This document shows positions 38,575-41,349 of a stretch of 41,349 bases of DNA, piece by piece (position 1 is the stretch's first letter; every line of letters starts with the position of its first letter). This DNA is from Promethearchaeia archaeon (GTDB lineage: Archaea; Asgardarchaeota; Lokiarchaeia; Sigyniarchaeales; SOKP01), in NCBI GenBank assembly GCA_029856105.1, contig JAHQWH010000064.1, forward strand, positions 1-41,349, read 5' to 3'. The translations under genes and the position numbers were made by a program. A model generated the notes under the pieces. That model saw only the letters and a list, made by a program, of their open reading frames with translations, did no database searches and was not told the origin of the DNA.

Positions 38575-40338
38575 TTAAAACACATAACCACATCGTTTAC
38601 ATATGTGTTTTTTAGCATAAATAGGTACAATAGAAATATAAGACGAAATTTTTGACTTGTCCTCGACTAGTTTAAAGTTTTTTTTACCAATCGTTCCGCA
38701 CATTGGACACCAAATCTCCTGTTTCAGTTTTAATTTCCAACGAGAACTAACTCTCAGTTGAGAATTTTTTGAGGAAATATACCTTCTCTTCTCAAGAAGA
38801 TAAGACAGATTCTCTCTAAGAAAGTCGAAATCTCCGTTTTCGATATACGTAATATTAAAGTCGATAAAATTACGGATTTGGTTCTTAGCTGATTTATCTA
38901 TTTTATCAATGTTAATATCATAAATGGAAAATAAATTTTTAATAAAAGACGCTATTTTTTTCAAGAGCAAATTTGAATTTGATAATACCCCGATAATAAT
39001 ATAAGTTAGATCGCCTTTTTCTAATGAGAAGCATTTGGGAAGTGAAAGTGCTTGCTCCCATCTTCTGGGAAAATTGCATTTTTCAATATATGGGGGATAG
39101 ATATCTAAAATTTTATGATCAAGGTTTCCTGAAAAAAAGCTTTCAGCAATATAATCTACCTTGTTTTCTACTTCTAAATATGCAAGGTCAATGTTTGAAT
39201 ATACTTGTTCTTTCCCTTTAAAAATTATTCCGAAATAATCAATCCATTGCTTCTTAAATCGTTTGTTGAGTTTCGGATCTTTTCGATTTAGACCATGTGA
39301 TGTTATTAGTGGATTAAAAGTTCTAATATTTATACAATCTTCGTAGTGAATATAACGTAACGGAAAATTACACTCTGAACAATAAAAAAGATCTTTTACT
39401 CTCGTTTTGGTTTGCTTTAATATCTTGAAAAAATCACGGGTAAATGTATTTCCACACTGGTTACATGTTACATCTTCTTTTCCGTTGGAAATTTTTAGTA
39501 TAGCATTTGTTAAAATTGCGACTATCTTCTCTCGATAAACAGGATTAGACGCATCAATACCGTAAAATTCTATGCCTTTATCCCAAATAAGCTTTTCGCA
39601 AAATTCGGGAGTGAACCTATTAGGCATATCTTGACAGTTTGCGATCCCTATCACAGACTTATTTTTATAGTTTTTATCCAATATTTCATTTAGAATTTCG
39701 TTATAATGATACCTACTCATATTTTCAAAAGTTGAATCCGTTACTATTAATACTATATCCGAGGCCTCTAACACCTTTTCCCATGAAGATCGAAAGATTT
39801 CTGTTCCCGCAAAATTCCACAACATAATTGAACGGGTTACCCCATTGTATAACGTTATGTCAACGATGGTCATGGGAACATATTTAGACTTAATATCGTT
39901 TCCACAAATTAATTGTAATAAAGCAATCCCTCCAAATCCAATTATTGAAACCTTAATACTACCTAAAATTATATCATCAATGATTTTTTTAAAATCATCG
40001 AATGTTGCTCGATTTTCTCCCACATTCTCATCATAGATAGTTTGATCATACTTTTCAATAAATTTTGTTCTTATACTCAAAATTTTCGAATTAATATTAG
40101 AATCATCATCATCTAAATCCGAACAAACAATAATAATAATCCTATTAATTACACTATAGAAATATTTAAACTTCTCTGTTTGCGTATATTTAATCTCGCT
40201 TTGGCTAATTTTTTCCTTGAACTCTAAAAATGAACTTAAAAAATGAGTTAATAAGTCTCTATCTACATCAGTAGTTCCATATTCTCTAAAAAGTAATGAT
40301 TTTCCATTTTTGGTAAGAATATTTACGTAATGAATCAA
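38575..40338 (-). CDS. Longin + degenerate small GTPase + Zn-ribbon multidomain protein
   Basis: N-terminal longin (ILTKNGKSLL...LLTHFLSSF); GTPase-like region with GFGG(no GKT)LLQL, WNFAG and NCQD; CNQC/CSEC and CPMC/CKRC Zn ribbons. Confidence 0.75.
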   Translation of the reverse strand: MIHYVNILTKNGKSLLFREYGTTDVDRDLLTHFLSSFLEFKEKISQSEIKYTQTEKFKYFYSVINRIIIIVCSDLDDDDSNINSKILSIRTKFIEKYDQTIYDENVGENRATFDDFKKIIDDIILGSIKVSIIGFGGIALLQLICGNDIKSKYVPMTIVDITLYNGVTRSIMLWNFAGTEIFRSSWEKVLEASDIVLIVTDSTFENMSRYHYNEILNEILDKNYKNKSVIGIANCQDMPNRFTPEFCEKLIWDKGIEFYGIDASNPVYREKIVAILTNAILKISNGKEDVTCNQCGNTFTRDFFKILKQTKTRVKDLFYCSECNFPLRYIHYEDCINIRTFNPLITSHGLNRKDPKLNKRFKKQWIDYFGIIFKGKEQVYSNIDLAYLEVENKVDYIAESFFSGNLDHKILDIYPPYIEKCNFPRRWEQALSLPKCFSLEKGDLTYIIIGVLSNSNLLLKKIASFIKNLFSIYDINIDKIDKSAKNQIRNFIDFNITYIENGDFDFLRENLSYLLEKRRYISSKNSQLRVSSRWKLKLKQEIWCPMCGTIGKKNFKLVEDKSKISSYISIVPIYAKKHICKRCGYVF

Positions 40339-40574
40339 CTTTTACACTTACAAAAGTTTTTTTAATATAAGTATCAATTTTTAAAAAACCACTCTCAATA
40401 TTAAATATGTTTATTTTTGTTGATGAAAAGAAATGTGAAACATAAAAATTCCAGATGTAATATTAAAAACTACACTTCAAACAAGGTTTTTCATAAAAGA
40501 TAAAATAATTCTAAAATTCAGCTATGCTTTAATTTAATGTGATTTTTAATTAAAACAACTAATGTAAAGTTTTT

Positions 40575-40961
40575 AATTTCAGGCCTTAACCCCGCAAGAT
40601 CGCTCTAAACCACATCTTATGAGGTATAAAGTTAATAACAATAGCATTACAGAGCTGAAATCCTTAAAAATTTTAATTTTAATTTATTCTAACAATACTG
40701 ATTAAGTAGGGTAAAATACTATTTAGATTTTGCCCAAAATATGCAACCAAATAATTTTCGGTAAATATTCTCCGTAATCAAATGGTTATATGAAAATAGA
40801 TGGTTGCAAGAATAATAAAATCGCCTAGATCGGAATATAATCAAGTTTTATGATCCGTACTATAAATATAAATGTCGATTATAAAGAAAATAGAGTTCTA
40901 AAACGCAATTCATAATAAGGCGTTCTTATTGCTATAATTTTCAATAAAATCTCTGCTTGAT
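40575..40961. repeat. Direct repeat, copy 2 (~387 bp, ~30-bp insertion relative to copy 1)
   Basis: See copy 1; overlaps the 3' end of the wHTH ORF. Confidence 0.95.
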
Positions 40962-41349
40962 TCAAGTTGGATTTGGCGAATTCTCTCGCAAATGTTCTCC
41001 AAGCAAGATTCTGGAACTTTTTCTCTCCCAAATTCGCGTAAAATAGCTTCCTTGATAGGATCGTCTTGATTCAGAACCATGCTCTGGATAAACTCAGAGA
41101 TGATTAGCGATATTGTTCCAAATGAAGCTTTCATTTTTCCCTCTCTTCTCAATTTCTTAATCCACATCTGTTCGAGCTCGGAAAGGTAAGAACACGCTAA
41201 GGTGTATATAAAATCCACTCCCTTTGCGGTAATATCGATAGCTCGTTTTCCCTCATCCCAATGACTTTCTATCAGTTGTGTGTTTTCCAACTTATCTAAA
41301 TACTTTGAGACGACTTAGTGTTTTTTGTAATTAAAGTGATCCATAATGT
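40910..41349 (-). pseudogene. Winged-helix regulator-like gene with in-frame TAA at 41317-41315; 5' end probably outside the window
   Basis: Upstream of the tracked ORF the frame reads IMDHFNYKKH*VVSKYLDKLENTQLIESHWDEGKRAIDITAKG, a recognition helix plus wing pattern. Confidence 0.6.

Noticed and set aside
14-40036. Short overlapping or antisense ORFs in the track (e.g. 14-268, 322-522, 1635-1865, 17764-18075, 23170-23520, 24575-24976, 34027-34347, 36841-37197)
   Set aside because: They are shadows of well-supported genes and show no recognisable motifs.
1-41349. CRISPR arrays, tRNA genes, transposase/integrase genes, selenoprotein UGA read-through
   Set aside because: None seen by eye; a dedicated scan was not possible.

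Overview
AT-rich archaeal window, most likely an Asgard archaeon of the Lokiarchaeia type. This is inferred from eL22, two Rab-like GTPases, longin/roadblock proteins, form III RuBisCO and expanded acyl-CoA dehydrogenases. About 35 protein genes are mostly housekeeping or metabolic: three ACADs, Spt5, aIF1A, aIF2-gamma with an extra N-terminal HhH domain, TFS, CitG, a RecJ-like DHH protein, RuBisCO plus ribose-1,5-bisphosphate isomerase, UvrC, PGM/PMM, a ROK kinase and a gingipain-like C25 peptidase. The main discovery lies in the 'empty' intergenic region at 13790-14000 (minus strand). It holds a 5S rRNA gene that is circularly permuted, with helix I closed by a UUCG tetraloop, and also interrupted by a 30-nt loop-C intron. 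Two bulge-helix-bulge-like motifs, cut by standard archaeal splicing rules, rebuild a canonical-looking 121-nt circular 5S rRNA that includes a 7-nt micro-exon. Other notable items are a structured RNA leader upstream of an MFS transporter and a probable ATT start codon. The right end is an accessory region with a GIY-YIG-like nuclease fusion, a longin/pseudo-GTPase gene bracketed by a ~360-bp direct repeat, and an interrupted winged-helix gene. All calls come from reading the sequence by eye; no searches were run.
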